Source: Pseudomonadota bacterium
GTDB taxonomy: Bacteria; Pseudomonadota; Alphaproteobacteria; Rhizobiales; Xanthobacteraceae
Assembly (NCBI GenBank): GCA_046733355.1
Contig: JBKPOZ010000126.1
Span: 731-64,730, forward strand
DNA: 64,000 nucleotides
Reading direction: 5' to 3'
Below the pieces are notes generated by a model. That model was not told the DNA's origin. It was given only the letters and a program-made list of their open reading frames with translations, and did not search any database. Every line of letters starts with the position of its first letter. Within the stretch, counting starts at the first letter, position 1. This document shows, one piece after another, positions 34,646 to 43,405 of the stretch. The translations under genes were made by a program, and so were the position numbers.

Positions 34646-35988
34646 GCGACCAGCACATCGATGCGAGGGTGGACGCGCTCGCGCGCGATCAGCACGGAGC
34701 GGGTGACGACACTGGGGACGATGGTGCCGCGAAAGCCGCCCCCGCCGGCAGGCCCGCAACAGAGGAGCGACTCGACTTCCCACAGCATCAGCTCGGCATC
34801 CTCTCGGTTGCCCGAGCGCAGTGCAACGTGCAGGCGCACGTCCTCAGTGTCGGTCCGCCGCTCGCCTGCGCTTGCAAACAAGGAGTTCACGCCGACGAGA
34901 TCGATGCGGATCGGCCCCTGCACGGAATGAACGTTGCGCATTCGCTCCTCGACGATCTCGGCAGCGAGCCGCCCGCGCCTTTGCGCATTTGGCCCGGCAT
35001 AGCTGACCCCCGCCTCCGCCAAAAACCCGCCTTCGAAGCCGACCGTCACCTTGAGGCGCTCGGGACGGCGCCTGCCGCTTGCCTGCGTCACCTCTACGCG
35101 GTCGGCGCCTGTCTCGCGTACGGCGACGCGAGAGAAGTCGGCGCTCACATCCGGCGTCAGATAGGACCGCGGATCGTGCACCTCGTAGAGGAGCTGCTCC
35201 TTGACGGTTGCGGTCGTCACACAGCCGCCCGCCCGTGGAAGCTTGGTAATGATCGCGCGGCCGTCGGCTTCCACTTCGGCGATGGGAAAGCCGCAACGAG
35301 CGAGGTTTGGAACGTCTTTCTTGCCCGGGTCGGCGAAATAGCCGCCGGTGACCTGCATGCCGCATTCGAGGAGATGCCCGACGAGGGTGCCGGCCCCGAG
35401 CCGCTGCCACTCATCGAGCGACCAGCCGAATTTTTGCGCAAGCGGCGCGACCACAAGCGAAGGGTCGGCAATCCTGCCGCCGATCACCACGTCGGCTCCG
35501 GATTGCAGCGCGGGCAGCAGGGCGTCGGCCCCGAGATATGCATTGGCACCCACCATCGGCAGATTGACGTCGCGCAATGTGCCCGGCTCGTCCATGAACG
35601 GCGTGTCCAGGTCGAGCAGGTCAGTGACTTCGTCGCCCTCGACGCAGGCGACCTTCAGTCCAGCAAGTCCGAGTTCGCGCGCGATCGCGATCGTGCTCTC
35701 TGCGGCGGCGCGCGGGTTGGCGGCGCCCATATTTGTCACGATAACCGTGCCCGCTTGGCGGCAGGGCGGCAGGAGCGCGCGCATGCGGCGCTCGAGCCAG
35801 GCATTGTATCCTTTGCGCGGATCGAGCTTGCGGTCGCGGTGCGCGGACGCAAGCGTGCGCTCGCCGAGGCATTCGATGATCATCACATCGAGCTTGCCGT
35901 GGCGCGCGAGGTCGACGGCGGGATCAAGCCGGTCGGCCGAGAACCCCGCGCCCGTACCGATACGAAATGTGGCGGATTGCGTGCTCAC
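34642..35988 (-). CDS. Acyclic terpene utilisation AtuA-like / DUF1446 family protein
   Basis: The start is GTG 35988, preceded by AGGAG (AACAGGAGTTAT-GTG). It reads VSTQSATFRIGTGAGFSADRLDPAVDLARHGKLDVMIIECLGERT, a DUF1446-like N-terminus. The ATG at 36021 lies inside REP A. Confidence 0.8.
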   Translation of the reverse strand: MSTQSATFRIGTGAGFSADRLDPAVDLARHGKLDVMIIECLGERTLASAHRDRKLDPRKGYNAWLERRMRALLPPCRQAGTVIVTNMGAANPRAAAESTIAIARELGLAGLKVACVEGDEVTDLLDLDTPFMDEPGTLRDVNLPMVGANAYLGADALLPALQSGADVVIGGRIADPSLVVAPLAQKFGWSLDEWQRLGAGTLVGHLLECGMQVTGGYFADPGKKDVPNLARCGFPIAEVEADGRAIITKLPRAGGCVTTATVKEQLLYEVHDPRSYLTPDVSADFSRVAVRETGADRVEVTQASGRRRPERLKVTVGFEGGFLAEAGVSYAGPNAQRRGRLAAEIVEERMRNVHSVQGPIRIDLVGVNSLFASAGERRTDTEDVRLHVALRSGNREDAELMLWEVESLLCCGPAGGGGFRGTIVPSVVTRSVLIARERVHPRIDVLVA

Positions 35989-36003
35989 ATAACTCCTGTT
36001 TTT

Positions 36004-36066
36004 CCGCTCATTCCCGCGCAAGCGGGGATCCAGAAAAGACCGGGTCCCGCTTCCGCGGGGACCAGC
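36004..36066. repeat. REP-like element, family A copy 3 (inverted orientation)
   Basis: CCGCTCATTCCCGCGCAAGCGGGGATCCAG...GGGTCCCGCTTCCGCGGGGAC. Confidence 0.85.
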
Positions 36067-36078
36067 GGCTGAGCTGGT

Positions 36079-36954
36079 TCAGTGCTGCATGCCCCAGCGC
36101 TGCACGGTGTGGCGCTCGACCGAGCGAAAGATCAGGTTCTCGACCGCAAGCCCGATCAGGATCACCATCAACAGCCCGGCGAAGACCTGCGGAATCTGGA
36201 TCTGGTTCTTGTTCTCGAAAATGTACCAGCCGAGTCCGCCGGAGCCCGAGGAGACGCCGAACACCAGCTCGGCGGCGATCAAAGTGCGCCAGGCGAAAGC
36301 CCAGCCGATTTTCAGGCCGGCGAGAATGCTGGGGAACGCCGCTGGCAGGAGAATGCGCGCAACCAGTGTGATCCCGCCAAGCCCGTAGTTGCGGCCGACC
36401 ATGCGAAGGGTCTGCGACACCGCGCGGAAGCCCGCATGCGCGTTGAGCGCAACCGGCCACAACACCGAATGGAGCAGAACGAAAATGAGACTTTCCGAAC
36501 CGAGCCCGAACCAAAGCAGCGCGAGCGGCAGCAGCGCGATGGCGGGCAACGGGTTGAGCATCGAGGTGAGGGTTTCGAGCAGATCATTGCCGATGCGCGA
36601 AGTGATGGCGATGACTGCAAGCAGGAAGGCGAGGGCAAGGCCGAGCGCGTAACCGGTGAGCAGGACGCTGAGCGACACCCACGTACGAATGAGGAGCTCG
36701 CCACTCACGATTCCGTGCCACAGCGCAGCCAGGGTGGCGGTCAGGGTCGGAAACATCAGCTCGTTGTCGAGCCAGCGCGCATAGCTTTCCCAGATCAGGG
36801 CGAGCAGGAGCACGAGCACGGTCTTGCGAATGACCGCCGAGTTGTAGACCTGCTCGAAGACGGTGAGCGGCTTCTGCACGATGCTGGAATCGGCTGCCTC
36901 GGTCAGCGTCAGAATGAAGTCTTCGCGTGCGGGGCTGCCGGCAATCGCCGTCAT
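36079..36954 (-). CDS. ABC transporter permease (NitT/TauT/SsuC family)
   Basis: The start is at MTAIAGSPAR (ATGA overlap with the ATPase stop). It is a 6-TM-like protein with an EAA-type loop (LRMVGRNYGLGGITLVARILLPAAFPSILAGLK). Confidence 0.88.
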   Translation of the reverse strand: MTAIAGSPAREDFILTLTEAADSSIVQKPLTVFEQVYNSAVIRKTVLVLLLALIWESYARWLDNELMFPTLTATLAALWHGIVSGELLIRTWVSLSVLLTGYALGLALAFLLAVIAITSRIGNDLLETLTSMLNPLPAIALLPLALLWFGLGSESLIFVLLHSVLWPVALNAHAGFRAVSQTLRMVGRNYGLGGITLVARILLPAAFPSILAGLKIGWAFAWRTLIAAELVFGVSSGSGGLGWYIFENKNQIQIPQVFAGLLMVILIGLAVENLIFRSVERHTVQRWGMQH

Positions 36955-37793
36955 GGCACGGCTCCTTCCTGCTCTGCTTCCTCTTCGTTGCTTTCGTTCC
37001 CGAACAAGAGGTCGTGGATGGTGTCCGAGAGCTTGCGTCCGGTCAGATGATGCACCACGTCCTCGCCGGCGCTGCCCAGCTCGCCTTTCACACGGCCGGG
37101 ATGCGGCGACAGCAAAAGCACGCGATTGCCGATGCGGATCGCTTCCGGAATGGAATGGGTGACGAACAGCACGGTGAAACGCGTGTCCTGCCACAGGCGC
37201 AGGAGCTCGTCCTGCATACGGCGCCGGGTGAGCGCGTCCAGTGCCGCGAACGGCTCGTCCATGAGCAGAATATCGGGCTCCATTGCCATGCCGCGCGCGA
37301 TCGCGACGCGCGCCTTCATGCCGCCCGAGAGCATGTGCGGATAGGAGTTAGCAAATTTCGCAAGCCCGACCTTTCCGATGTAATGCAGCGCCTTCTCCTC
37401 GGCGGCGCGGCCGCCCAAGCGGCCGCTGGCGGTGAGCGCAAACACGACGTTCTGTTTGACGGTCTTCCACGGCAGCAGCTGATCGAATTCCTGAAACACC
37501 ATCACCCGGTCAGGCCCCGGGCGTGCGACCTGCCGTCCCTTGAGCCGGATCTCGCCTTCGACCGGCTCTATATAGCCCCCCACTGCCTTGAGCAGCGTGG
37601 ACTTGCCGCAGCCGGAGGGGCCAAGCAGCACGTAGCGATCCGCGCCGAACACGTTGAAGTTCACCCGATACGTCGCAGTGACCAGCGTGTGCGTCGTCTT
37701 GTACTGCAGCGTAACGCCGCGCACTTCCAGAAGCGGGTCTGCAGTCGCGCCGGCCATCGCCTCCGTGGGTGTCGTGAGTACCTCAGTCGCCAT
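36951..37793 (-). CDS. ABC transporter ATP-binding protein (NitT/TauT family)
   Basis: It has Walker A GPSGCGKST, signature LSGGMKARVAIARG and Walker B ILLMDEPF. The start is ATG 37793 or 37757. Confidence 0.9.
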   Translation of the reverse strand: MATEVLTTPTEAMAGATADPLLEVRGVTLQYKTTHTLVTATYRVNFNVFGADRYVLLGPSGCGKSTLLKAVGGYIEPVEGEIRLKGRQVARPGPDRVMVFQEFDQLLPWKTVKQNVVFALTASGRLGGRAAEEKALHYIGKVGLAKFANSYPHMLSGGMKARVAIARGMAMEPDILLMDEPFAALDALTRRRMQDELLRLWQDTRFTVLFVTHSIPEAIRIGNRVLLLSPHPGRVKGELGSAGEDVVHHLTGRKLSDTIHDLLFGNESNEEEAEQEGAVP

Positions 37794-38781
37794 GGAGATG
37801 CGCGGCTTCCGGAAAGAACAGATCCTCAACCGCGTTCGGCGACTGCTTGATGGAGCCGACCTTGCCCATGAACTGCGCGGTCTTGAGCACCTTCTGCGGC
37901 TGCAGCGTGTAGGCGTAATCCTTGTCGCTGATGATGCGCAGGATATCGTCGACGCTGTCCTTGGTGTCCTTGGCTACTTCCAGATAGAGCTGCGCCGCTG
38001 TGCGCTTGTCTTTGTTGATGCGCTCGATCGCCTCGGAAAGCGCCGCGAAGAAAGCCTGATACGCCTTCGGGTTTGCATCGCGGAAGCGTGTCGTGGCGGT
38101 GACGAGCACAGCAGTCGCTGGGCCGCCGAGAATCTCATAATTGGTGGTAACGAGGTGAACGCCAGGAAGCTTGATCTCATCCTCGTAAAACGGCGAAGAA
38201 GTGAAATGCGCGTTCACCCCGGCGGTATTATTGGTGAGCGCCAGCACCGCGTCCGGATGGGACAGGGAGATCGTGAGCGGATCGAGCTTCGCATAATCCT
38301 TGTCGCCGAACGCTGCAGCAGCGGCCATCTGCAGCATGATCGCCTGGGTGGAAATCTTCACCGAAGGCACCGCGATCTTGTCCTTCGGGCCAAAGTCCTT
38401 GATCGTTTTGACGTCCGGATTGCGGCTGATGAGATAAAGCGGATAGGTGGTCATGGCGGCGACGCCCCTGGCGCCCACGTTGCCGCGGGTGCGGTCCCAG
38501 AGGGTAATGAGCGATGGCGCGCCCTGGGCGGCGAAATGGATGCTGCCAGAAAGGAGCCCATCATTCATCACGCTCGGGCCTGCGACCTTCGCCCATTTCG
38601 TCTTCAGGCCCGCAATCCCGGCCGCCTGCGCCTGCTTCTCAAGGAGTCCTTCGCGCTCCATGACCATGAGCGGCAGGAAACTCACGCCATATTGCTGCGC
38701 GACGGTGATTTCCGCGACCTCGGAATGCGCAGCGGTGGTACATGCCAGAATGACGAGCAAACCGAAGGAAATCGGCCGCAT
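37783..38781 (-). CDS. ABC transporter substrate-binding protein (NMT1/SsuA/TauA-like)
   Basis: A 332-aa ORF with a signal peptide (MRPISFGLLVILACTTAAHS). It heads the three-gene transporter operon. Confidence 0.82.
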   Translation of the reverse strand: MRPISFGLLVILACTTAAHSEVAEITVAQQYGVSFLPLMVMEREGLLEKQAQAAGIAGLKTKWAKVAGPSVMNDGLLSGSIHFAAQGAPSLITLWDRTRGNVGARGVAAMTTYPLYLISRNPDVKTIKDFGPKDKIAVPSVKISTQAIMLQMAAAAAFGDKDYAKLDPLTISLSHPDAVLALTNNTAGVNAHFTSSPFYEDEIKLPGVHLVTTNYEILGGPATAVLVTATTRFRDANPKAYQAFFAALSEAIERINKDKRTAAQLYLEVAKDTKDSVDDILRIISDKDYAYTLQPQKVLKTAQFMGKVGSIKQSPNAVEDLFFPEAAHLHGD

Positions 38782-38838
38782 TTATTCCTCCTCCAACTTC
38801 GCCGCTTGGCGCGGCGCTTTCTCAGCCAGCAGTCCTGT

Positions 38839-39297
38839 TCAACCGGCTGTCTTGCGCGGCTCTGGGCCGTAGCGATTGGCTCCGGCGATACCTGCGCGAA
38901 AGCCAAGATCTACGATGAACGCGATCGTCACGATGCCGGTGGCAAGCACCAGCAACGTTTCCACGAAGCCCATGTGCTCCGGATCGCCGCTCATGCCCAA
39001 GAGGTTCGTGATCATCAACACCGAATAGGGCACGATCAACCAGCCGATGAGCTGGCCTGAGAGATTGCGGTCGTGCAGGCGTTTCACCAGGATCACCGCG
39101 CCGGGATAAAGCAGAACCGCGTCGACCATGAAATTCAAGAGCCGAAGCGAGAATACATCGGCCGGCGTGGTGAGGAGAGGCAGCCCAAGGGCAAACCGTG
39201 TGGCGAGCTCCACCGCGACGAGAATAAGCCAGCCCAGCCAGAACATTGCGCGGGTCATGCGACCCCGTGGGAGCAGAAAAAGCCTGACCAGATCCAC
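38839..39297 (-). CDS. DUF805 family inner membrane protein (start uncertain)
   Basis: GRMTRAMFWLGW...VKRLHDRNLSGQLIGW...ANRYGPEP match the DUF805 hallmarks. GTG 39297 has AGGACG upstream, and the ATG at 39456 lies inside REP B. Confidence 0.72.
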   Translation of the reverse strand: MDLVRLFLLPRGRMTRAMFWLGWLILVAVELATRFALGLPLLTTPADVFSLRLLNFMVDAVLLYPGAVILVKRLHDRNLSGQLIGWLIVPYSVLMITNLLGMSGDPEHMGFVETLLVLATGIVTIAFIVDLGFRAGIAGANRYGPEPRKTAG

Positions 39298-39431
39298 GAC
39301 GGTTCGTCCTAATGCGGAGGAAGCCGGTGCAGCACTTCCAGGCTCCACCAGACGAAATAGGCGCCGAGCGCCAGGCCCAGCGCGATCTTGATCAGCTGGA
39401 TCGCCAGCTCGTCTCGTTTCATTGAAATCGC

Positions 39432-39503
39432 GTAGCCCGCATGAGCGAAGCGACATGCGGGAAAGGCCCGACCCGGATGTCGCTGACGCTCATCCGGGCT
39501 ACA
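39432..39503. repeat. REP-like element, family B copy 3
   Basis: GTAGCCCGCATGAGCGAAGCGACATGCGGG...CCCGGATGTCGCTGACGCTCATCCGGGCTAC. Confidence 0.85.
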
Positions 39504-39526
39504 AGCCTAGACCTTTGTCGCGGTTC

Positions 39527-40186
39527 TTAGAACAGTCCGAACAGGCCGGTGCCGGCGCGACGCTCGCCATAGCTCGGCGCTGAGGCACGCGATTCAGCCG
39601 GCAGCACGATGACCTTGGTCCCGACTTTGACGCGATCATAGAGATCGATCACGTCGGAATTGGTCATGCGGATGCATCCGGAAGAGGCGCGGCTGCCGAT
39701 GGTGGAAGGCGCGTTGGTACCGTGGATGCGGTAGGCGGAGCCGCTGAGATAAAGTGCGCGCGCGCCGAGCGGATTGCCGTCTCCGCCCGCGGTGAAGCGG
39801 GGCAGATAGGGCGAGCGGGCGATCATTTCAGGCGGCGGCGTCCAGTCCGGCCACTCGGCCTTGCGCTCGACGCTCTTCACCCCGGACCAGGTAAACCCCT
39901 CGCGGCCGACGCCGATGCCATAGCGAATGGCCTGGCCGCCGGGCAGCACATAATAGAGGTACGTATTACCGGTATCGACGATGATCGTGCCGGGCGCTTC
40001 GTTCGTGCGCAATTCGACGACCCGGCGGCGCAGATCGGCGCGGACCTCGTTGCCGTTGTCCGGCTGCACGTACCCGAAAAGGGTGTAATAGCCGAACTGA
40101 TTGGCAGAAGCCGGCGTGGCGAAGATGGTGGCGGCGAACAGCGCGGCCGTAGCCGCGATGGCGCCCCGAATGCGTGGCTTGTACAT
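39527..40186 (-). CDS. L,D-transpeptidase (YkuD domain)
   Basis: The start is at MYKPRIRGAIAATAALFAATIFATPASA (signal peptide). The catalytic motif is RIHGTNAPSTIGSRASSGCIRM. Confidence 0.9.
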   Translation of the reverse strand: MYKPRIRGAIAATAALFAATIFATPASANQFGYYTLFGYVQPDNGNEVRADLRRRVVELRTNEAPGTIIVDTGNTYLYYVLPGGQAIRYGIGVGREGFTWSGVKSVERKAEWPDWTPPPEMIARSPYLPRFTAGGDGNPLGARALYLSGSAYRIHGTNAPSTIGSRASSGCIRMTNSDVIDLYDRVKVGTKVIVLPAESRASAPSYGERRAGTGLFGLF

Positions 40187-40265
40187 GGGCACCCCCGTGC
40201 CTCTTGGTCGCGGCAACGGGGCCGCTGGTTCAAAGGGGACCTAAAGCCCTGCATGTACATAAGAA

Positions 40266-41240
40266 TTACCCCTGCCGGCCAATGGCGATCACCGCCTCGT
40301 CGGTGCGGTTGCCGTCCTCGTCCCAGAACTTCTGGAAGTCGGGACCGTCCAGATAGGCGAGCTCCTGCCCGGCGTTGGAAAGCGCGGTCTTGAACTGGTC
40401 CGATTGAACGACATGGCCGATGGTCGTGCGGAGCGTCGCAACGATGGGGGCGGGCGTCGCCTTGGGCGCAAAGATGCCCGCCCACAAATAATACTCGACC
40501 TCATAGCCGAGCTCTTTCAGCGTCGGCACCTCGGGCAGCACCTTGGACCGTGTGGCGCCGAAGCTCGCGAGCGGGCGCAGCTTGGCGGCCTTGATGTGCG
40601 GCAGCGTTGCCGAAGTCGATTGCGTCGTGACCTGCGCATTATCGCCGAGAATCGCAACGATCGCGGGGCCGCCGCCACTCGTCGGCAGGTGTCGCAGCTT
40701 CAAGGGGCCGCTTGCTTTCTCCAGATAGGCCAGCGGCAGGTGCGAAGCGCCGTAGAGCCCGCCTGAACTGAAGACGAGCGTGCCCGGATGCGCCCTGGCG
40801 GCTTCGATGAACTCGGCAAATGTTCGATAGGGCTGCTGCTCGTTCACCAGCAGCAGGACCGGATCGGCGATAAGCCGCGCGAGCGGAATGAAATCGGCCC
40901 TGCTGGTCTTGACCGGCCGGCCAAAGAGCTTGTCAACCTCGGCATAGCCGGAAAGTCCGTTATTGTGCGACAGCAGCGTGTATCCGTCGGGCTTGGCGGA
41001 CGCGACTACCTGGGCGCCGACCTGCCCGGCGGCGCCCGCCTTCGTCTCCACGACGACAGGTTGTTTCAGGATCGGCTCCATGCCGGTGGCCAATGGCCGC
41101 GTCACGATGTCGTTTACGCCGCCGGGGGGAAACGCGTTGATGATGGTAATGGCATGGGTGGGGTATGGCTCCTGCGCGAAAGCCTTCGCGCTTGCCAGCG
41201 CAGTTGCGGCCGTGCCGGTGAGAAATCGACGGCGATCCAT
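40266..41240 (-). CDS. Bug/TctC family tripartite tricarboxylate transporter substrate-binding protein (orphan)
   Basis: The start is at MDRRRFLTGTAATALASAKAFA (Tat-like signal) with GGGAGA upstream. It has Bug-family motifs (ITIINAFPPGGVNDIVTRPLA, SSGGLYGASHL). Confidence 0.88.
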   Translation of the reverse strand: MDRRRFLTGTAATALASAKAFAQEPYPTHAITIINAFPPGGVNDIVTRPLATGMEPILKQPVVVETKAGAAGQVGAQVVASAKPDGYTLLSHNNGLSGYAEVDKLFGRPVKTSRADFIPLARLIADPVLLLVNEQQPYRTFAEFIEAARAHPGTLVFSSGGLYGASHLPLAYLEKASGPLKLRHLPTSGGGPAIVAILGDNAQVTTQSTSATLPHIKAAKLRPLASFGATRSKVLPEVPTLKELGYEVEYYLWAGIFAPKATPAPIVATLRTTIGHVVQSDQFKTALSNAGQELAYLDGPDFQKFWDEDGNRTDEAVIAIGRQG

Positions 41241-41343
41241 GCGCGTCTCCCTCAGGTTCTTTGATGTTTGAGATGGAGTATTCTCGTTTATGCGGCCGGG
41301 CTGCAAGATGCGGTGGCAACAGGACGAGCACAGGGAGGTGTTG

Positions 41344-42051
41344 ATGTCGAATCCGCTCGCGGGCAAGAAGCTGCGCTACAAGATCGGCGCGGACAGTCCG
41401 GGCAAGGGAACTTCCGGAGAGATTGTCGAGGTCGGGTACGATTGGGAAAAGCCGCTGCCTGAAGGCATCAGCATCGCCTATTGCAATCTGTTCAATGAGA
41501 AGTATTCCGAGCAGAGCAGGAAAGAGCGCGAGGAATACGGTCCTTATCTGAGAGGCTCCGATACCGCGAAGGATTACGGCGAAGGGCAGATCGATCCGCG
41601 CGGACCCGGCTGGCGTCGCAACCTCGTCGAGCAGTTCGAGCGACGGCGCGAGCAAGGCTTCGAGTATATCGAGCTCGACAACCCCGACGCTTATTCGGTT
41701 GCCGATGTGGTCGGCGCGGTTGAGATGGCAGAACAGCATGGACTGAAAGTGATCGCCAAAAATCCGGGACTGATGGAAGGCGATCCGTTGCCCTATGTAG
41801 GGCACCGCAATGTTTACGGAATCATCGTGGAGAAGGGTGCCGGGGATGCGAGCGCGATGGATGCGCTGCGGCAGCGCGCCGGCAAGCCGGATCTGCCGGT
41901 GTGGTTCGTGTTCTTCGACAGACGCAAAGGGAGCGAGGGCGGCAAGAATGCAGCCAGACAGGCCGCGTCGGCGGCGCAGCGGTTCGCGAACATGCACGTC
42001 ACCCATTCGCCCGACGGCGAATACACGAGCGCCGTGGACACGACGGCGTAG
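41344..42051 (+). CDS. Uncharacterised protein, GH114-like TIM-barrel glycosidase candidate (paralog 1, no signal peptide)
   Basis: The start is at MSNPLAGKKLRY with GGGAGG 6 nt upstream. Motifs include ISIAYCNLF, DPRGPGW...QGFEYIELDNPDAY, HGLKVIAKN, GIIVEKGAG and AGKPDLPVWFVFF. It is about 55% identical by eye to the C-terminal domain of 46443..47612. Confidence 0.8.
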   Translation: MSNPLAGKKLRYKIGADSPGKGTSGEIVEVGYDWEKPLPEGISIAYCNLFNEKYSEQSRKEREEYGPYLRGSDTAKDYGEGQIDPRGPGWRRNLVEQFERRREQGFEYIELDNPDAYSVADVVGAVEMAEQHGLKVIAKNPGLMEGDPLPYVGHRNVYGIIVEKGAGDASAMDALRQRAGKPDLPVWFVFFDRRKGSEGGKNAARQAASAAQRFANMHVTHSPDGEYTSAVDTTA

Positions 42052-42057
42052 TATTCC

Positions 42058-42127
42058 GTAGCCCGGATGAGCGTCAGCGAAATTCGGGATTCCGGTCGCA
42101 CCTGTCGCCGCGCTCATGCGGGCTACT
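42058..42127. repeat. REP-like element, family B copy 4
   Basis: GTAGCCCGGATGAGCGTCAGCGAAATTCGGG...GTCGCCGCGCTCATGCGGGCTAC. Confidence 0.85.
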
Positions 42128-42155
42128 GTGCCTGGTCCATCTGATAGAATTTGGG

Positions 42156-43064
42156 ATGCCTTTGAGGATCACCATCGCCGGCGATATCGGCAGCGGCAAG
42201 TCGACGGTGGCGAAGCGGCTCGCCGAGCTTGCTGACGTCGAGCCGCTCTCGACCGGCGGCATCCAGCGGCAGCTCGCGCAAAAACGCGGGGTTTCCGTCC
42301 TCGAGCTGAACAGGCTTGCCGAGAACGACGGCAGCATCGACCGCGAGATCGACAGCTATCTGATGAGCCTGCCGCCGAACAACCTGGTGGTGGAATCGCG
42401 CATGGCCTGGCACTTCGTGCCGGACACGCTCAAGGTCTATCTTTATATCTCGGATCACGCGGCTGCGCGCCGCATCGTCGGCGCGCAGCGGAGCGACGAA
42501 GGCTACGAGACTATAGCCGAGGCAACGCAGCCGATCCTGGATCGCCGCAACAGCGAGATTCTCAGATTCAAGAAATACTACGACGTCGACATTGATGACC
42601 TGCGCAACTATGACCTCGTGGTGGACACGACCTTCGCAAGCATCGATGACGTGGTCGCGCAAGTGACAAAGTCACACGATTTCCAGAACAAACCCGCCTG
42701 CCTGATCGACCCGCGCAATCTCGTTCCGACGCAAGCCCGCAAACCATCCAGCGCAGTTGAGGAGAGCATACGAACGAGCGGCTTCGATTTGGCGAAGCCG
42801 ATCGCGACTTTGTACGTCGATCATGTCTTCTATATCGTCGATGGTCACGCCCGCGCTGCCGCTGCTCTGAGGACTGCTACGAAATTCGTCACGTGTATGA
42901 TCAGAGCGTCGAGTGACCAGCCGTATCTCGGCGATGTCAGCGCGCGCGAGTACGTGAGGACTGCGGTGAGCGGCTCATTGATATCAGCGTGGGAAGCGGC
43001 GGCCGGCTTTCGCTACGACGGCGAAATGTGGAAGGGCCGCCGCGACTGTCAGCCGGGGATTTGA
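42156..43064 (+). CDS. Fusion protein: cytidylate kinase-like (archaeal-type CMK / P-loop NMP kinase) N-terminal domain plus a ParB/Srx-fold C-terminal domain
   Basis: The start is at MPLRITIAGDIGSGKSTVAKRLAE (P-loop). It also has ...IDREIDSY...VVESRMAWHF...RFKKYYDVDIDDLRNYDLVVDT. The C-terminus carries LIDPRNLVPTQ...SIRTSGFDLAKPI...YIVDGHARAAAA. Confidence 0.8.
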   Translation: MPLRITIAGDIGSGKSTVAKRLAELADVEPLSTGGIQRQLAQKRGVSVLELNRLAENDGSIDREIDSYLMSLPPNNLVVESRMAWHFVPDTLKVYLYISDHAAARRIVGAQRSDEGYETIAEATQPILDRRNSEILRFKKYYDVDIDDLRNYDLVVDTTFASIDDVVAQVTKSHDFQNKPACLIDPRNLVPTQARKPSSAVEESIRTSGFDLAKPIATLYVDHVFYIVDGHARAAAALRTATKFVTCMIRASSDQPYLGDVSAREYVRTAVSGSLISAWEAAAGFRYDGEMWKGRRDCQPGI

Positions 43065-43405
43065 GCCGCGGCTCCATTCTGGCCGGCAGGAAACCGCGCG
43101 TTGGCCAGCGCCAGCTCGCGCGCAAGCGCGGTAATCAGCTCCATGTGCGCGCGCAGCTTGAGATGCACATTGAGAAGCATCAGCAGACTGATGGCGACCC
43201 AGGTGTAGATGATCAGATCGACGCCGCGGCCGATGCCGGCGACCTCCGCGAGCGCGCTCGCATGCGCGGGAAACCACACGAAGTAAAGTCCGCCGCCGGC
43301 CGCGAGAAGCGAAGCCAGCGCCACCGCGGGCGCGCGCCGGTACTCGCTCCAGGCATAGATCATCACCGCAAACAGCAGGACCGAAAGCAGCAGCCGGGCG
43401 ATCAT
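43049..43405 (-). CDS. Small integral membrane protein (DUF2304-like), coupled to the GT2 gene
   Basis: A 118-aa ORF with 3-4 hydrophobic helices and then a polar tail. Its start overlaps the stop of the upstream glycosyltransferase. Confidence 0.65.
   Translation of the reverse strand: MIARLLLSVLLFAVMIYAWSEYRRAPAVALASLLAAGGGLYFVWFPAHASALAEVAGIGRGVDLIIYTWVAISLLMLLNVHLKLRAHMELITALARELALANARFPAGQNGAAAQIPG

Noticed and set aside
34576-36072. A 498-aa plus-strand ORF.
   Set aside because: It is antisense to the DUF1446/AtuA-like gene and its small partner, with a shadow composition and no SD.
41316-41333. A GG-N10-GC match (TGGCAA-CAGGA-CGAGCA) upstream of GH114-like paralog 1, considered as a third sigma-54 promoter.
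   Set aside because: The -12 element deviates from TTGC[AT]. The motif ends only about 10 nt before the ATG and overlaps the SD (GGGAGG), leaving no room for a leader.
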